Numbered from the stretch's first letter, positions 1 through 10,714 are shown. The stretch is 64,000 bases of DNA from an uncultured Chlamydiae bacterium (GCA_963713615.1 CAVQMM010000001.1:1696001-1760000); one strand, 5' to 3'. The notes: generated from the letters alone by a model not told the origin. Numbers and translations: made by a program.

Positions 1-109
1 TATTGAAGGCTATCCACCACTCGTGGAACAATCTCACGGCCTTGTTGCGCAGGCCGAGAACTCTGTATTGATTGATATGAATGGGACTGTAATCATTACC
101 ACACGGTGA
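1..109 (+). CDS. map: C-terminal fragment of a type II methionyl aminopeptidase (truncated by window edge)
   Basis: Frame from nt 2 reads IEGYPPLVEQSHGLVAQAENSVLIDMNGTVIITTR*, matching the YPPL..AQxE(H/N)(T/S)V C-terminus of type II MetAP. Not in the ORF track. Confidence 0.75.
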   Translation, partial: IEGYPPLVEQSHGLVAQAENSVLIDMNGTVIITTR

Positions 110-113
110 ATAG

Positions 114-950
114 CTACTCAATACCATCATCACAAGCGCTTTCTATAGCCAAACTTTTAATTCTATACCTTGATAGGTACTTGTTAAAATAGTGGGGAAA
201 CAGCCCTTCAATACACCCATCAATCTGTTGACAACCGCGCAAACCAGCTCTCCTAGAGTGGTACAGCAAATCCTGCCCTTTCGATTGAGATCCACCGTTT
301 CCTTCGTAAAGGGTCAGACAATTTCTTTTGTGATCCTCTAGGTACTCAAAGAAATGCCATGTATCGCCGTCAGGCATTACTCCCACCATTTGCATGATAT
401 CCAACAGAATCGGCGCAGGATCTTTGATAAGGTCTTCATAAAAAATTAGGTATCTTTTGGAAGGATTCCAGTACTCGTAACATCTCAAAGCATTTATATA
501 ATGTTCTTTGTGATTCAAAAATGCCCTACATTTAAAGTTGCTCTGGTCTAACCAATTATATCGCGCTTCACACTCTAGGTGATATAAGATGTTCTCCATA
601 CTCTTAAACTGACGAAGCATACATTCTCTATAGTTCCGCACCACTACAATTAAAATATCATTGAACTCGCCATTTTTTTTGATCCAAAGTGCGTTTGGAT
701 TATGAGCACCATAGATAAAACCGTTAACATCGCCATCTGCGTGGTAACGTCCTATACCTCTCAAAAAGTCTTCCTCGCAGAAGCCTCGATTAAAAAGCAC
801 CTCCCTATTAAGTAAGTGACCGAGACAATATAACGCCCAATGAGTACCACTTCGAGGAAAGGCAAGAACTAATATTTCAGGCTCGTGCGCTGCTAAATTT
901 GATGCCGTGACACATACCAAACAGAGAAAATGATGCCACCATTTCAACAT
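114..950 (-). CDS. Sulfotransferase-domain protein with signal peptide (paralog 1)
   Basis: 5'-PSB-like FPRSGTHW, 3'-PB-like VRNYREC, IFYEDL. Hydrophobic N-terminus ending NLAA. Confidence 0.75.
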   Translation of the reverse strand: MLKWWHHFLCLVCVTASNLAAHEPEILVLAFPRSGTHWALYCLGHLLNREVLFNRGFCEEDFLRGIGRYHADGDVNGFIYGAHNPNALWIKKNGEFNDILIVVVRNYRECMLRQFKSMENILYHLECEARYNWLDQSNFKCRAFLNHKEHYINALRCYEYWNPSKRYLIFYEDLIKDPAPILLDIMQMVGVMPDGDTWHFFEYLEDHKRNCLTLYEGNGGSQSKGQDLLYHSRRAGLRGCQQIDGCIEGLFPHYFNKYLSRYRIKSLAIESACDDGIE

Positions 951-1014
951 AGATACACTACACGCGGTTATATTTTCGCCTTCAAATTCTAATTGTAAGC
1001 GCTATACATCTCAA

Positions 1015-1863
1015 TCAGAATTCCACGTTCTCAGTGCCACTACTTGAGCTTTCTATGTCCAAACTTTTAATTTTATACCTGGATAGATACTTGTTAAAGT
1101 AATGAGGAAATAGCCCTTCCATAGACCCATCAATCTTTTTACAACCGTGCAAGCCAACTCTCTTAGAGTGGTAGAGCATATCCCGCCCTTTCGATTGAGA
1201 TCCACCTTTGGCTTCGTAAAGCTTCATGCAATTTCTTTTGTGATCCTCAAGATAATCAAAAAAATGCCATGTATCTTCCGCAGGCATCACACCCAACATC
1301 TGCATAATGTCGATTAAGATAGGCATAGGATCCTTCAAAAAATCCTCAAGAAAAATCATGTATCTTTTGGAAGGATCCCAAAATTCGTAACATCTAAGAA
1401 CATTGATGTAATGGTCTTTATGATTTAGAAAAGCCCTATTCCTCGAACCGTGATGATCGAACCAACTGTAGATCGACTCAACTTCTAAGTAATAATTAAC
1501 ATTTTCAACACTTCCTAAATGACGCAACATACACTCTCTGTAGTTTCGTACCATAACGATTAAAATATCATGTTTTTCGCCATCTTTTTTTATCCATAAG
1601 CCATTGGGATGATGTGCACCATAGATATAACCATTAAAATCATCAGCAGCGTCACTGGGCCCACCGCTATGTTGTGAAATCCTTTCTTCGTCAATACCAC
1701 GGTTATAGATAACCTCGCGGTTAAGCACATGGTTCAAACAATATAAAGACCAGTAAGCTCCACTCCTTGGATAGGAGAGAAATAGTATCTCAGGTTCGGA
1801 AGCGATGAGGTTACCGACAGCAACACATAAGAGGCATACAAAATAACCGCATAATTGCATCAT
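1015..1863 (-). CDS. Sulfotransferase-domain protein with signal peptide (paralog 2)
   Basis: YPRSGAYW, VRNYREC. Colinear and highly similar to 114-950. Confidence 0.75.
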   Translation of the reverse strand: MMQLCGYFVCLLCVAVGNLIASEPEILFLSYPRSGAYWSLYCLNHVLNREVIYNRGIDEERISQHSGGPSDAADDFNGYIYGAHHPNGLWIKKDGEKHDILIVMVRNYRECMLRHLGSVENVNYYLEVESIYSWFDHHGSRNRAFLNHKDHYINVLRCYEFWDPSKRYMIFLEDFLKDPMPILIDIMQMLGVMPAEDTWHFFDYLEDHKRNCMKLYEAKGGSQSKGRDMLYHSKRVGLHGCKKIDGSMEGLFPHYFNKYLSRYKIKSLDIESSSSGTENVEF

Positions 1864-2046
1864 AAATCCATCTCCGTGATTTCTAGAAAAAGCAGGCTGA
1901 ACTGGTCAATCTTACGCCATTCGAAAACGGAAGGAAAACTTTTTTTTTACACGCTTATCCCTTTCGGATAATCTCGATTATTGACAAATGTGGCCCTAGC
2001 TTGTATGACCTATAGACTTTGATAAAACACAGTTGACTGAGGTTGT

Positions 2047-3030
2047 ATGAAATTCTCTCTTTGGCTTGTCCTTGCGTTCATTTGTGCACTCTGCAACATT
2101 GCGGCAAACCCTTTCCTCATTAGTTTTCCGGAAAAGGATGACCTCACCAACGACGACTATGTAGAGATTCAAGATAAACTTAGAGCTGTAAACATCCGCA
2201 GCCCTTTAAAAGCTCTATATCCGCCTTTTAGGCACTACCACGCCTTTGAGGACTTTCTCCAAAGGTGTTCGCAAGGATTAAAGCAAACCTTGATCATGCC
2301 GGAAAAAGGTCTTTTGCCAATCTGTAAGCTGGAGATGATTGGTCAAGGCGGTGACATGTGCATCGTTACCTACGCTCCGTTTGATGGAAGCGCATCCAAA
2401 TGGATTAGCTCAATCCCCGCAGCACTTGCCAATACAGGCTTTAACGGGTATTTTATGTACCGCGTCGGGGGCGTTCCCAATCCCACTGGTCAAGAAATCC
2501 AATATGCTGGTGTCCCTGGATGCTTTAAACTTTTTATGATGTTGGAAGCACAAAAACTGGGTTTTGACACAGTTCTGTGGATTGATCCTTCAGCCCTTCC
2601 TTTGAACGATCCAACGCCCCTCTTCCGACAGCTGGAAACCCAAGACGTTCTATTTATAGCCAACGCTCCTTCCTTAGGCTTCTGGCGCAATATTCTTCCC
2701 ACGACTCAGAAACTTCTCAAAAAGCTCACTAATACCGATGTTTTAAAGACACAGTTCATATCAACATCTGCTTTTGGTCTTAGATTAAGCTCAAAAACCT
2801 CCCAAAGGTTGATTTCCGATTTTCGCCAATGCGTGGAATTAGGGACCCCATTCTTTTCCTTTTATCCCGAGGCGTTTGTGATCAGTGCCATTATGGGTCA
2901 GAATGATATTCCATCTTGGATCAATGCTGCGAACTTGAAGATCTTATCACACCATCGTGGAAATCTCAGTTCAGCACAGCTTCGGCAAGCCAAGTTTAGT
3001 GGTGTATTCTTCATTCTCCGAGAGCCGTGA
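2047..3030 (+). CDS. Putative GT-A-fold glycosyltransferase-like protein with signal peptide (divergent family member)
   Basis: GGVP..GVPGCFK..LGFDTVLWIDPS..YPEAFVIS; these motifs are shared with 8437, 9635, 11981 and 19386. Upstream TTGACA at 1981 and TATGAC at 2004. Confidence 0.55.
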   Translation: MKFSLWLVLAFICALCNIAANPFLISFPEKDDLTNDDYVEIQDKLRAVNIRSPLKALYPPFRHYHAFEDFLQRCSQGLKQTLIMPEKGLLPICKLEMIGQGGDMCIVTYAPFDGSASKWISSIPAALANTGFNGYFMYRVGGVPNPTGQEIQYAGVPGCFKLFMMLEAQKLGFDTVLWIDPSALPLNDPTPLFRQLETQDVLFIANAPSLGFWRNILPTTQKLLKKLTNTDVLKTQFISTSAFGLRLSSKTSQRLISDFRQCVELGTPFFSFYPEAFVISAIMGQNDIPSWINAANLKILSHHRGNLSSAQLRQAKFSGVFFILREP

Positions 3031-4096
3031 TCGCCTCTTTTGAGCTTTTGGAAATCGTTGGTACAAGAGTTTTTTTGAGACGGTCTTTGTCAATTTTGGC
3101 TATCCAAACCTCTCTATCATCTTTTCCATAGGCCACGGCTAGGTAGGAACCGCAATCCACAAGACCCCCAGGGAAAATAACTTTCTTCTCCTTGCAGCGA
3201 TTTGTATAAAATCCCGGTGCGATAAGAGGATAAGGGCTGATGGAGGTGATCTGAAAGGGTGGATTAGGTGAGAATGTATACGCTCCCATAAAGTAATGCC
3301 ACATGGGAGCATTAGGTGAGACTACGGACTTCATAAAAAGCGAGGAATGGAAAAAGGCCAGATATTCTCCATCCACAAGTATTGCAGGCGTACCTCCACG
3401 TGGCATACCCCACTTCCAATTACCCACCTTTGGAGCGCAGTACTTTGGCGTACATTCACCAGTGATGGAATCGGGGCTAAGGATCATGTGAGGGATCATT
3501 GAATAACCTATCAGAAACGAATCACCCCATTCAAAGGGAACCCAGTTCTTTTGCCATTTGATAGTCTTGCGATGCTCTTTGTGAAAAAGCATCTTAGCAG
3601 GGCCCAATGTAAATTTACCATTGGAATAAGTCAGCTCTGCAACATACATATCTCTGTGATGTTTACGTGAGGGACTTGTAACATGAGGATTATCGTTACA
3701 AATAATATATATTTTATCCTGAGATCGAAAGATACGTGCATCTTCCGACTGTGATGGCGCCGCCCCGAAATGCCTGGAATTAAGAATCCATGGTTCCGAG
3801 ATAGGCTCAAATTCCTCATTAAGCATCACTATCCCAATATAAGAAATATTTTTATTATCGGAATCGGGAGTAATTCTAAAGGTAAGAAGCAGTCCCTGTT
3901 TGGCCCTAATAAGAGAAGGATTCCAAGCTTGCGGATAACCTTTTACATAGATTTTCTTTGTAGTGATAATACAATCGGAATCAAGGAAAGACGAAATAAA
4001 AGGAAGCGCATCGGCGACCTGTATGCGAAACAAAATCAAAAATGCCAGGACATAGATGACAATGAGGGATACAAAACGTTGCACTTTACTCCTCAC
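3011..4096 (-). CDS. Five-bladed beta-propeller glycosidase/phosphorylase-like protein (GH130/GH43 clan) with N-terminal signal or anchor
   Basis: WNPSL, SEDARIF, QKNWVPF, RGGTPA, VIFPGG and YGKDD motifs. Confidence 0.7.
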   Translation of the reverse strand: MRSKVQRFVSLIVIYVLAFLILFRIQVADALPFISSFLDSDCIITTKKIYVKGYPQAWNPSLIRAKQGLLLTFRITPDSDNKNISYIGIVMLNEEFEPISEPWILNSRHFGAAPSQSEDARIFRSQDKIYIICNDNPHVTSPSRKHHRDMYVAELTYSNGKFTLGPAKMLFHKEHRKTIKWQKNWVPFEWGDSFLIGYSMIPHMILSPDSITGECTPKYCAPKVGNWKWGMPRGGTPAILVDGEYLAFFHSSLFMKSVVSPNAPMWHYFMGAYTFSPNPPFQITSISPYPLIAPGFYTNRCKEKKVIFPGGLVDCGSYLAVAYGKDDREVWIAKIDKDRLKKTLVPTISKSSKEAITALGE

Positions 4097-4280
4097 TCCC
4101 CATTTCGGTTAAGGACGTGACTGAGACAATAAAGACACCAGAGCATACTACTTCTGTAAAAGGACAAAGACAACATTTGGGGTTCTTCACCAATAAAGCT
4201 GGTCGATTAGGATGCAAAAGAGGGCCTTGTTCACCCCCTAGGAACAGATATATCGCATGGCTTTGAGCTATGCCTCTTCT

Positions 4281-5072
4281 TCAAGTGCTAAGATCATCCA
4301 ATTTATATCTCTTTAGATATTTATGAAAGTAATATGGGAACAACTGTTCAACCAGATTATCGATTAAGCGGCAATTTTTTAAGCCCATCTTTTTTGAGTG
4401 ATAAAGGTTGTCTGTTCCCTTTGATTGTGATCCTCCCATAGTAGTATAATCTCTAAGACACACATGTTTGTGTACTTCTAAATCCTCAAAAAAACGCCAT
4501 GTGTTCTCGTCTGGAATCTCTCCTAAAAAATAGACGACATCCAGCAGAACCGACATAGGATTATTTATCAGGTCTTCGTAAAAGATTAAATATCGCTTGG
4601 ATGGGTCCCAGGAATCGTAGCATCTGACATTATTGATATACTGACTAGAACAGAGAACCAGCGCCGCAACTCGATTTGCATCTAGCCAATTGTATGTCGC
4701 CTGCATTTTTAGATCATCCACGATGGCCGCAACACTTCCTAAATGACGCATCAAACACTCGCGGTAATTTCGTACTACAACAATCAATAGATCATTTTTA
4801 TCACCCTCTTTTTTTATCCAAAGCTCCTTCGGACAATGACCTGCAAAAATATAGCCATTGCTTTCATCTTCTGCCGCTTTGTAGAGTGTTTCCTCACCAA
4901 TACCACGTCGGAAAATAACGTCACGATGGAGTAAGTAACTCAGGCAGTAGAGCGACCAATGAGTCCCACAGCGATAGGTAGATAAGACTAGAATCTCTTG
5001 ATCACCACCAAATAAGCTAATTGAAAGCATGCATGCTAAATAGATAAAATTTCGAAACACTTTCATCCTCAT
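4281..5072 (-). CDS. Sulfotransferase-domain protein with signal peptide (paralog 3)
   Basis: TYRCGTHW, VRNYRECL, IFYEDL and GGSQSKG shared with paralogs 1 and 2. Confidence 0.72.
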   Translation of the reverse strand: MRMKVFRNFIYLACMLSISLFGGDQEILVLSTYRCGTHWSLYCLSYLLHRDVIFRRGIGEETLYKAAEDESNGYIFAGHCPKELWIKKEGDKNDLLIVVVRNYRECLMRHLGSVAAIVDDLKMQATYNWLDANRVAALVLCSSQYINNVRCYDSWDPSKRYLIFYEDLINNPMSVLLDVVYFLGEIPDENTWRFFEDLEVHKHVCLRDYTTMGGSQSKGTDNLYHSKKMGLKNCRLIDNLVEQLFPYYFHKYLKRYKLDDLST

Positions 5073-5153
5073 ATTTTTGCTGAGTGTTCAAAATAGAGTT
5101 ATTCAAACTCTATGGCCCTTGATAGAACTTGGAATCTCTGCATAAGCAGCCCC

Positions 5154-6599
5154 TCAGACAACGGAAACAAGTTGTGCAGATTCATCTTCACCAGGCTTAA
5201 CTAATACTTGCATATCACGTCCTAATAGCTTCGTAGCCATCATCCAAGCCATAATGATCCCCACAATCAAAACAGCAAAAATAGATATTCCAGCTCCAAC
5301 CGTTGTAAAAGTCAGGAGAAGCCCCTGATTAACCAAACAGGCTCCAGTCCTGCCCATACGCGGCCCCAAACCATCTACTGCAGCCTTGCCTTGTGCCTTA
5401 AGATGTGATTCGAGCGGAATATAGGCCATATCCTTACTGATATCGAAGAGGGAATATTTGCTGGCTCTACCCACGCTAAACTGCACGGCACCCAAGATTA
5501 CCGCTATAGTCAGCAACAGTATGGGGTCTAAATGTATGGATTCTCGAAAAATCAAAAGCCCGAAAAAAAGCAGTCCAATAATTAACAGGAAGATCGGCGT
5601 CACTAATGCTGTTTTTGTCCATCCAAGATGGGTCAAGACCAGAGGAGTGGCAAACGCGAAAAGAACCGTTAAAGCTCCACCTATGGCAAAACTTAGGCCC
5701 AGAAATGTACTATATCGGTTGAAATCGGGATAGATCTCTTTAACTTGAGCCTTCCATACCAATTCAAACAACCCCATGACAAGGTCATAGGCAATAACCA
5801 TTATTGCAAGGCAAAGTAGATGACGAGACCGAAAGAGGTATCGCACTTGCTGCCAGATATTCTGATGCATCTCCTGCTGATCATTTGTTTCCGTAGGCTT
5901 ATGCGAGAGACAATCAAATGATCTCATTAGACGAGGAAAAAGAGCCATTAGCGTGACACAACCACAGATAATAACAACCAATAGAGCATAAACAGAAATG
6001 TGAGGGACTGCAAAAGACGCTAGGGCCGGAAACTGTCCTCCAATGATCGCTCCAAGGGCCCCACCTATGCGTACCCAAGAGTATGTGTGCTTCGCCTCTT
6101 GCAGAGGAGTAATTTCATTGGCCAAACTCCAGAAAATGACTGAAGTGACCACACAGCCCCATAGGTCCCCTAAAACGAAGAAAAGCGATAAAGTCCAATT
6201 ACGCCCTATAGCGATGAATCCATTAAGTCCCTGTGGTAGATAGTCAGCCAGTGTATCAGCATAGTGATGCGGCTCAATAATACTGCGATATGGGTAAAGA
6301 AAACATGCAAAGATTACAAAAAACGCCAGGAAAATAATGAGGCTCCTATTGATGACTGCAGCTAACCCATACCGCTTAAGATAAGATGTGAAAAAGAATG
6401 CCGCAACAAAAGTCATTGGAAGCATTATCCACAGCTGAATAAATGGAATTACTTCAGCGCCCGATCCCTCTGCAGTAATGATCAACGCATCTTTCACGGT
6501 GTGAAGAATGTTGTGGATAACGCAAATGATAAAAAAGATGGCACTCATCAGTATCACTTGTTTTTGATGCTCCGACAATGGCCAGAAGCTTATTTTCAC
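5154..6599 (-). CDS. Npt1/Tlc-family nucleotide transporter (divergent)
   Basis: Many TM helices with motifs VKDAL, SGAEVIPF, LWG..S..FW..ANEIT..EAK..Y, KYSLFD..K.MAYIPL and GKAAVD. Confidence 0.9.
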   Translation of the reverse strand: MKISFWPLSEHQKQVILMSAIFFIICVIHNILHTVKDALIITAEGSGAEVIPFIQLWIMLPMTFVAAFFFTSYLKRYGLAAVINRSLIIFLAFFVIFACFLYPYRSIIEPHHYADTLADYLPQGLNGFIAIGRNWTLSLFFVLGDLWGCVVTSVIFWSLANEITPLQEAKHTYSWVRIGGALGAIIGGQFPALASFAVPHISVYALLVVIICGCVTLMALFPRLMRSFDCLSHKPTETNDQQEMHQNIWQQVRYLFRSRHLLCLAIMVIAYDLVMGLFELVWKAQVKEIYPDFNRYSTFLGLSFAIGGALTVLFAFATPLVLTHLGWTKTALVTPIFLLIIGLLFFGLLIFRESIHLDPILLLTIAVILGAVQFSVGRASKYSLFDISKDMAYIPLESHLKAQGKAAVDGLGPRMGRTGACLVNQGLLLTFTTVGAGISIFAVLIVGIIMAWMMATKLLGRDMQVLVKPGEDESAQLVSVV

Positions 6600-6687
6600 C
6601 TGTCACCCTCGCTATTTTTTTAGAATAATGTCTTAGAAAAAAATATTTGTCCACTTGGCTCTGTGGTAAAAAAACTCACAGTATGTG

Positions 6688-7614
6688 TTAAAAAGATTTC
6701 TCCTTAGGCAAGGCTAGGTAGTCATCGTTGCAAAGGTGTGTGACGGTATAGTTCAGTTCTTCGAGCAAGGATGTTGTGTGATTAATCCTCTCCTGACGTG
6801 TCTGTGCATCAATATTCGCGCCCATCTTGCCCATGATCTCAATAACAATGACGGGGCGACCAAGCACGATGGTTTGTCGAGCTCCTTCAATCACACTATC
6901 CTCTGCACCATCTACGGCTATTTTCATCACTGCTATGTTGGATAAACCAAACGAATCTAGGCAATGTTTGTGCAGAGACCAAGGCCCATCACTTCGTTGA
7001 TGAACAGAACTGTACTCAGCACCGTAGAAATGGGTTATAGGGACCTCTCCATCCTCTTTGCCAATGCGACAAAGGTGCGGAATTACATTAGAGAATCCGT
7101 TGAGTTTTGCATTTTGAACCAGCTCACGAAAGAACTGGCGTTCGCTTTCAAATGCGTAGACCTTGCCTCGACAGCCTACTAGCTGTCGCAACTCCATCGA
7201 TATGGTACCCATGTGAGCTCCTATATCACATGCTTCATCTCCCGGTTTAACGTAAGAGGCCAAAACCTCAAGGATATAAGGCTTCCACATGATGCCTTTT
7301 TTGATAATATCTTTGATGGGATCTCTAGCATTGTCCACCCAAAACCACGCCAGATTAGTGACGGCGTAGGGGATAGATGCGTAGTGCTGCCAAGGCATCC
7401 TGTTTAGATATTCAGCAACAGACGGGTCTTGCGGATAGTAGGAGTATTGGTCTCCGTGCGATGACGTGAAAGACAGAGCAGAAAAAAATAGACCTATCTT
7501 TACGAATTCTCTCAAAATACTAGAACCATCCATTAATGCTCTGAAAGCGATCATAATCGATTCTCCCAATTTAGAACCCTGTGAAATCGTGCATTTTCTA
7601 AAATCTGTAGTCAA
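6688..7614 (-). CDS. FkbM-family methyltransferase with N-terminal hydrophobic segment (degenerate KIAVDGAE motif)
   Basis: DIGAHMG, YAFE, LDSF and RPVIVIEI. The true start may be a downstream Met. Confidence 0.85.
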   Translation of the reverse strand: MTTDFRKCTISQGSKLGESIMIAFRALMDGSSILREFVKIGLFFSALSFTSSHGDQYSYYPQDPSVAEYLNRMPWQHYASIPYAVTNLAWFWVDNARDPIKDIIKKGIMWKPYILEVLASYVKPGDEACDIGAHMGTISMELRQLVGCRGKVYAFESERQFFRELVQNAKLNGFSNVIPHLCRIGKEDGEVPITHFYGAEYSSVHQRSDGPWSLHKHCLDSFGLSNIAVMKIAVDGAEDSVIEGARQTIVLGRPVIVIEIMGKMGANIDAQTRQERINHTTSLLEELNYTVTHLCNDDYLALPKEKSF

Positions 7615-7688
7615 GAAGAAGCCTTCTGGTATATTTTTTATACACAGGCGTTTTTAAGAACTCCAATCATTGTAAAGGCTGAACAGGA

Positions 7689-8417
7689 ATGAGCTGGCAT
7701 AGAAAAACTCTATTTATCACTCTTTTTTTTCTCGGTACAAGCCTACGACCTTCGTTCTTGCATTGTGAAATACTTTTAGAAGAAGGCCAAGAGGAGATCA
7801 CGCAAGGCCCGCTATTCGTCAGCCTAGGCTCACATTGTAGCCCCGCCCTAATATTGCGTAAGGCAGGAATACGAAAGGCTGCTTACCCTTTCGATTGGGC
7901 TGTATCGGTCGATGGTCATATGCTCATACAAGGTATTCGAGAGGGCTTTATCCATTTTTGCCACCCACAGTATCTTGTCGCGTCTGCAACAAAGCCTGGA
8001 TTTCTTTTGCAGACTTATTATCATATGGAATTTAAGCATGATGGGTATTGGCTTGGCCCTGACTATGAGGAAAACCTTCCCAGCTTCTGCAAAAAATATG
8101 AACGAAGGCTTGCCAGGTTCAACAACATTAAGTTTCATGATGGAACGGTCTATTTTATTAGACAGGCTTTACCAAGATCGGATAGTGACGCATTTATCTT
8201 CAAAAATAGCGACAACAATGAAATTAGTCCAACCTATGCCACACACCTCTATGCAGCCTTAAAAGAGACGTTTCCAAAGCCTGAGGTGCGACTAATTATC
8301 ATCAACCCACCATCCAAAGGAACGCGCAAAATGCATAGGATATCACCAAACATCGTCATCGTCAGCGCCGATGTGACAAATATAGACATCTTTAAAGTCG
8401 TCAAGTTTTTCAAATAG
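7689..8417 (+). CDS. DUF1796-like putative papain-like cysteine peptidase with signal peptide
   Basis: FVSLGSHC..LR..YPFDW..F.H..KYERRLARF..VYFIR signature. Confidence 0.75.
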   Translation: MSWHRKTLFITLFFLGTSLRPSFLHCEILLEEGQEEITQGPLFVSLGSHCSPALILRKAGIRKAAYPFDWAVSVDGHMLIQGIREGFIHFCHPQYLVASATKPGFLLQTYYHMEFKHDGYWLGPDYEENLPSFCKKYERRLARFNNIKFHDGTVYFIRQALPRSDSDAFIFKNSDNNEISPTYATHLYAALKETFPKPEVRLIIINPPSKGTRKMHRISPNIVIVSADVTNIDIFKVVKFFK

Positions 8418-8436
8418 CAACGATCGTTCACTCGGT

Positions 8437-9504
8437 TCAACCTTTATCAAACCAAAAAGGTTTGGCTGCATTCCGTGGCTGTCTTGGTGTTTGAACCCGA
8501 AAATTCATATAGTTGTAGATCGAAGCGGTAGGCTTCACTCCTGTCCGCCAAGCTGCAACAGATAGGATAAACTCCTCGGGATACAATGTCATCGCTGGGT
8601 ATACCTGGGTACTCAGGCTATACCATTCCCAAATGAGACGATGAGTTGCCGGATGGTTAAAAGAAAAACCCATTGCACAGGATGGTATGTGTGGGATTGC
8701 GGAAAGCTGTTCGACATCAAGTCCTGAACTATATATGGAGGTCTCAGGATAGAGGTGAAGCCTGTACTCATAATCTAAATATACAGCATTGGTAAACAGC
8801 ATGGCACCGCCTTGAGCTATTCCCTTAAAAACCGCATCTAAATTGTTTACAGGGTGCACCGAGCAGTCTAACCATAGAACATTTTCATAGCCCAATAATG
8901 ATGCTTCAAGAATGGATAGTAACTTAAAGGAGTAAGGTACATGCACAAGACGAATCCCGCCACGCTCAACCAGCGGAAAACCACCTAGTCGACATAAAAC
9001 ATGACCGCGATAACCATTAGTCTTTAGATCTTCAATAATATTGAATAGCCGTTTCTGATACGCAACATTTCGATATTTGTTGTCCGAGTCAAATGACGCA
9101 TACAAAACGATGCACCTAGACCGATCTCCTTTAGGCGCTCCGCCTAAAGCCATGATTTGAACACTTGGCATTTCCTGGCTTGGACCAACCAACATCATTC
9201 CTTGCAGCATCCTATACCAATAGCGGTATTGTCGACCTTCATCTCCAATGGGAGGATCACCAGCATTCTCGATGCGATAATCGAATACCACGTCCAAATA
9301 AGGCCTATCTCCATATCTCAGGTAATATTCGACCTTTTTATAGTCTTCCCACGTAGGATTATTAATATTAGAAAGCGAATCCCATAGCCCTGTCAGCTCA
9401 TCATCAACATAAAAGGGTTGCACCTCGTCAAACGTAGGAGGACCACCAAAGACATTCATCAACAGCAATGTCATTATGACTGTACATAAGAGTCGACTGT
9501 TCAT
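8437..9504 (-). CDS. Putative GT-A-fold glycosyltransferase-like protein with signal peptide
   Basis: HVPYSFK, VLWLDCS, YPEEFILS and C-terminal FWFDKG. Confidence 0.55.
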   Translation of the reverse strand: MNSRLLCTVIMTLLLMNVFGGPPTFDEVQPFYVDDELTGLWDSLSNINNPTWEDYKKVEYYLRYGDRPYLDVVFDYRIENAGDPPIGDEGRQYRYWYRMLQGMMLVGPSQEMPSVQIMALGGAPKGDRSRCIVLYASFDSDNKYRNVAYQKRLFNIIEDLKTNGYRGHVLCRLGGFPLVERGGIRLVHVPYSFKLLSILEASLLGYENVLWLDCSVHPVNNLDAVFKGIAQGGAMLFTNAVYLDYEYRLHLYPETSIYSSGLDVEQLSAIPHIPSCAMGFSFNHPATHRLIWEWYSLSTQVYPAMTLYPEEFILSVAAWRTGVKPTASIYNYMNFRVQTPRQPRNAAKPFWFDKG

Positions 9505-9634
9505 TTAAGACCCTTATTATCAAACATCAAAAGCGCTTGTGTCATTTACACAAGACGGATATAGCCTTCCAGTTTTAACTTTAGTCGGGCATCGCGCAAC
9601 GGTGGCAAGTAATGCTATCAACTGCGGACTCAAC

Positions 9635-10714
9635 TCATGCTTTATCGAGCCAGAATGGCTTGGATACATTTCGTGGCTTCCTTGGAGTCTTAGACCGAAA
9701 ATCCATATAGTTGTAGATCGATGCTATAGGCTTCACTCCTGTCCGCCAAGCTGCAACAGATAGGATAAACTCCTCGGGATACAATGTCATCGCTGGATAT
9801 ACCATCGTACTCAGGCGATACCACTCCCGAATAAGATGATGAGTGGTTGGATGATTGAAGGAGAAACCTATTGCACAAGATGGTATGTGTGGAATTGCGG
9901 AAAGATTCTTGAGAGCTAATCCTGCACTATATACTGCGGTCACAGGATACAGGTGAAGGCCATATTCATAATCTAGATGCACGCCATTTGTCAACAGAAG
10001 AGCACCCCTCTTAGCTATTCTGTAAAACACTTTGTTTAGATTGTTCACAGGATGCACAGAAGAATCTAACCACAGAATATTTTCATAGCCCAATAGTGAC
10101 GCTTCAATAATGGACAATAGCTTAAAGGAATAGGGCACATGCACGAGACGAATGCCCCCACGTTCAATCAGAGGAAAACCACCTACGCGATACAGGACAT
10201 GCCCACAATAACCATTGGCCGTCAAGTCCTCAATAATATCAAATAGTCGCTTGTCATAGACTCGTTTTTCAGCACTATTACGATCCCCACTATCAGCATC
10301 GTATGATGCATATAGTACAACACATTTGGACCGGTCTTCCTCGCTAGCACCTCCTAAAGCCAAAATCTGAAGTTGTGGTAGCTCCTCATTAGGGCCAACG
10401 AGCATCATGCCCTGCAGCATTCTGTGCCAATAACGGTGCTGTCGTCCCTCATCCCCAATGGAAGGGTCACCGGCCTTTTCGATACGATAGTTGAACACCA
10501 CGTCTAGATAAGGCCTGTCACCATATCTCAGGTAGTATTCAACCCTCTTATAGTCTTCCCATGAGGGATGATAGATGTCAGTAAGCGACTCCCATAGGCT
10601 CGACAGCTCCTCATCGACATAAATGGGCTGCACATCGTCAAATACAAAAGAACTGCCGAAGACATTTGTTAGCATTAACGTCAGCACACCTACAAAAAGC
10701 AGTCGATTGTTCAT
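9635..10714 (-). CDS. Putative GT-A-fold glycosyltransferase-like protein with signal peptide
   Basis: Close tandem paralog of 8437-9504 (ILWLDSS, FWLDKA). Confidence 0.55.
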   Translation of the reverse strand: MNNRLLFVGVLTLMLTNVFGSSFVFDDVQPIYVDEELSSLWESLTDIYHPSWEDYKRVEYYLRYGDRPYLDVVFNYRIEKAGDPSIGDEGRQHRYWHRMLQGMMLVGPNEELPQLQILALGGASEEDRSKCVVLYASYDADSGDRNSAEKRVYDKRLFDIIEDLTANGYCGHVLYRVGGFPLIERGGIRLVHVPYSFKLLSIIEASLLGYENILWLDSSVHPVNNLNKVFYRIAKRGALLLTNGVHLDYEYGLHLYPVTAVYSAGLALKNLSAIPHIPSCAIGFSFNHPTTHHLIREWYRLSTMVYPAMTLYPEEFILSVAAWRTGVKPIASIYNYMDFRSKTPRKPRNVSKPFWLDKA

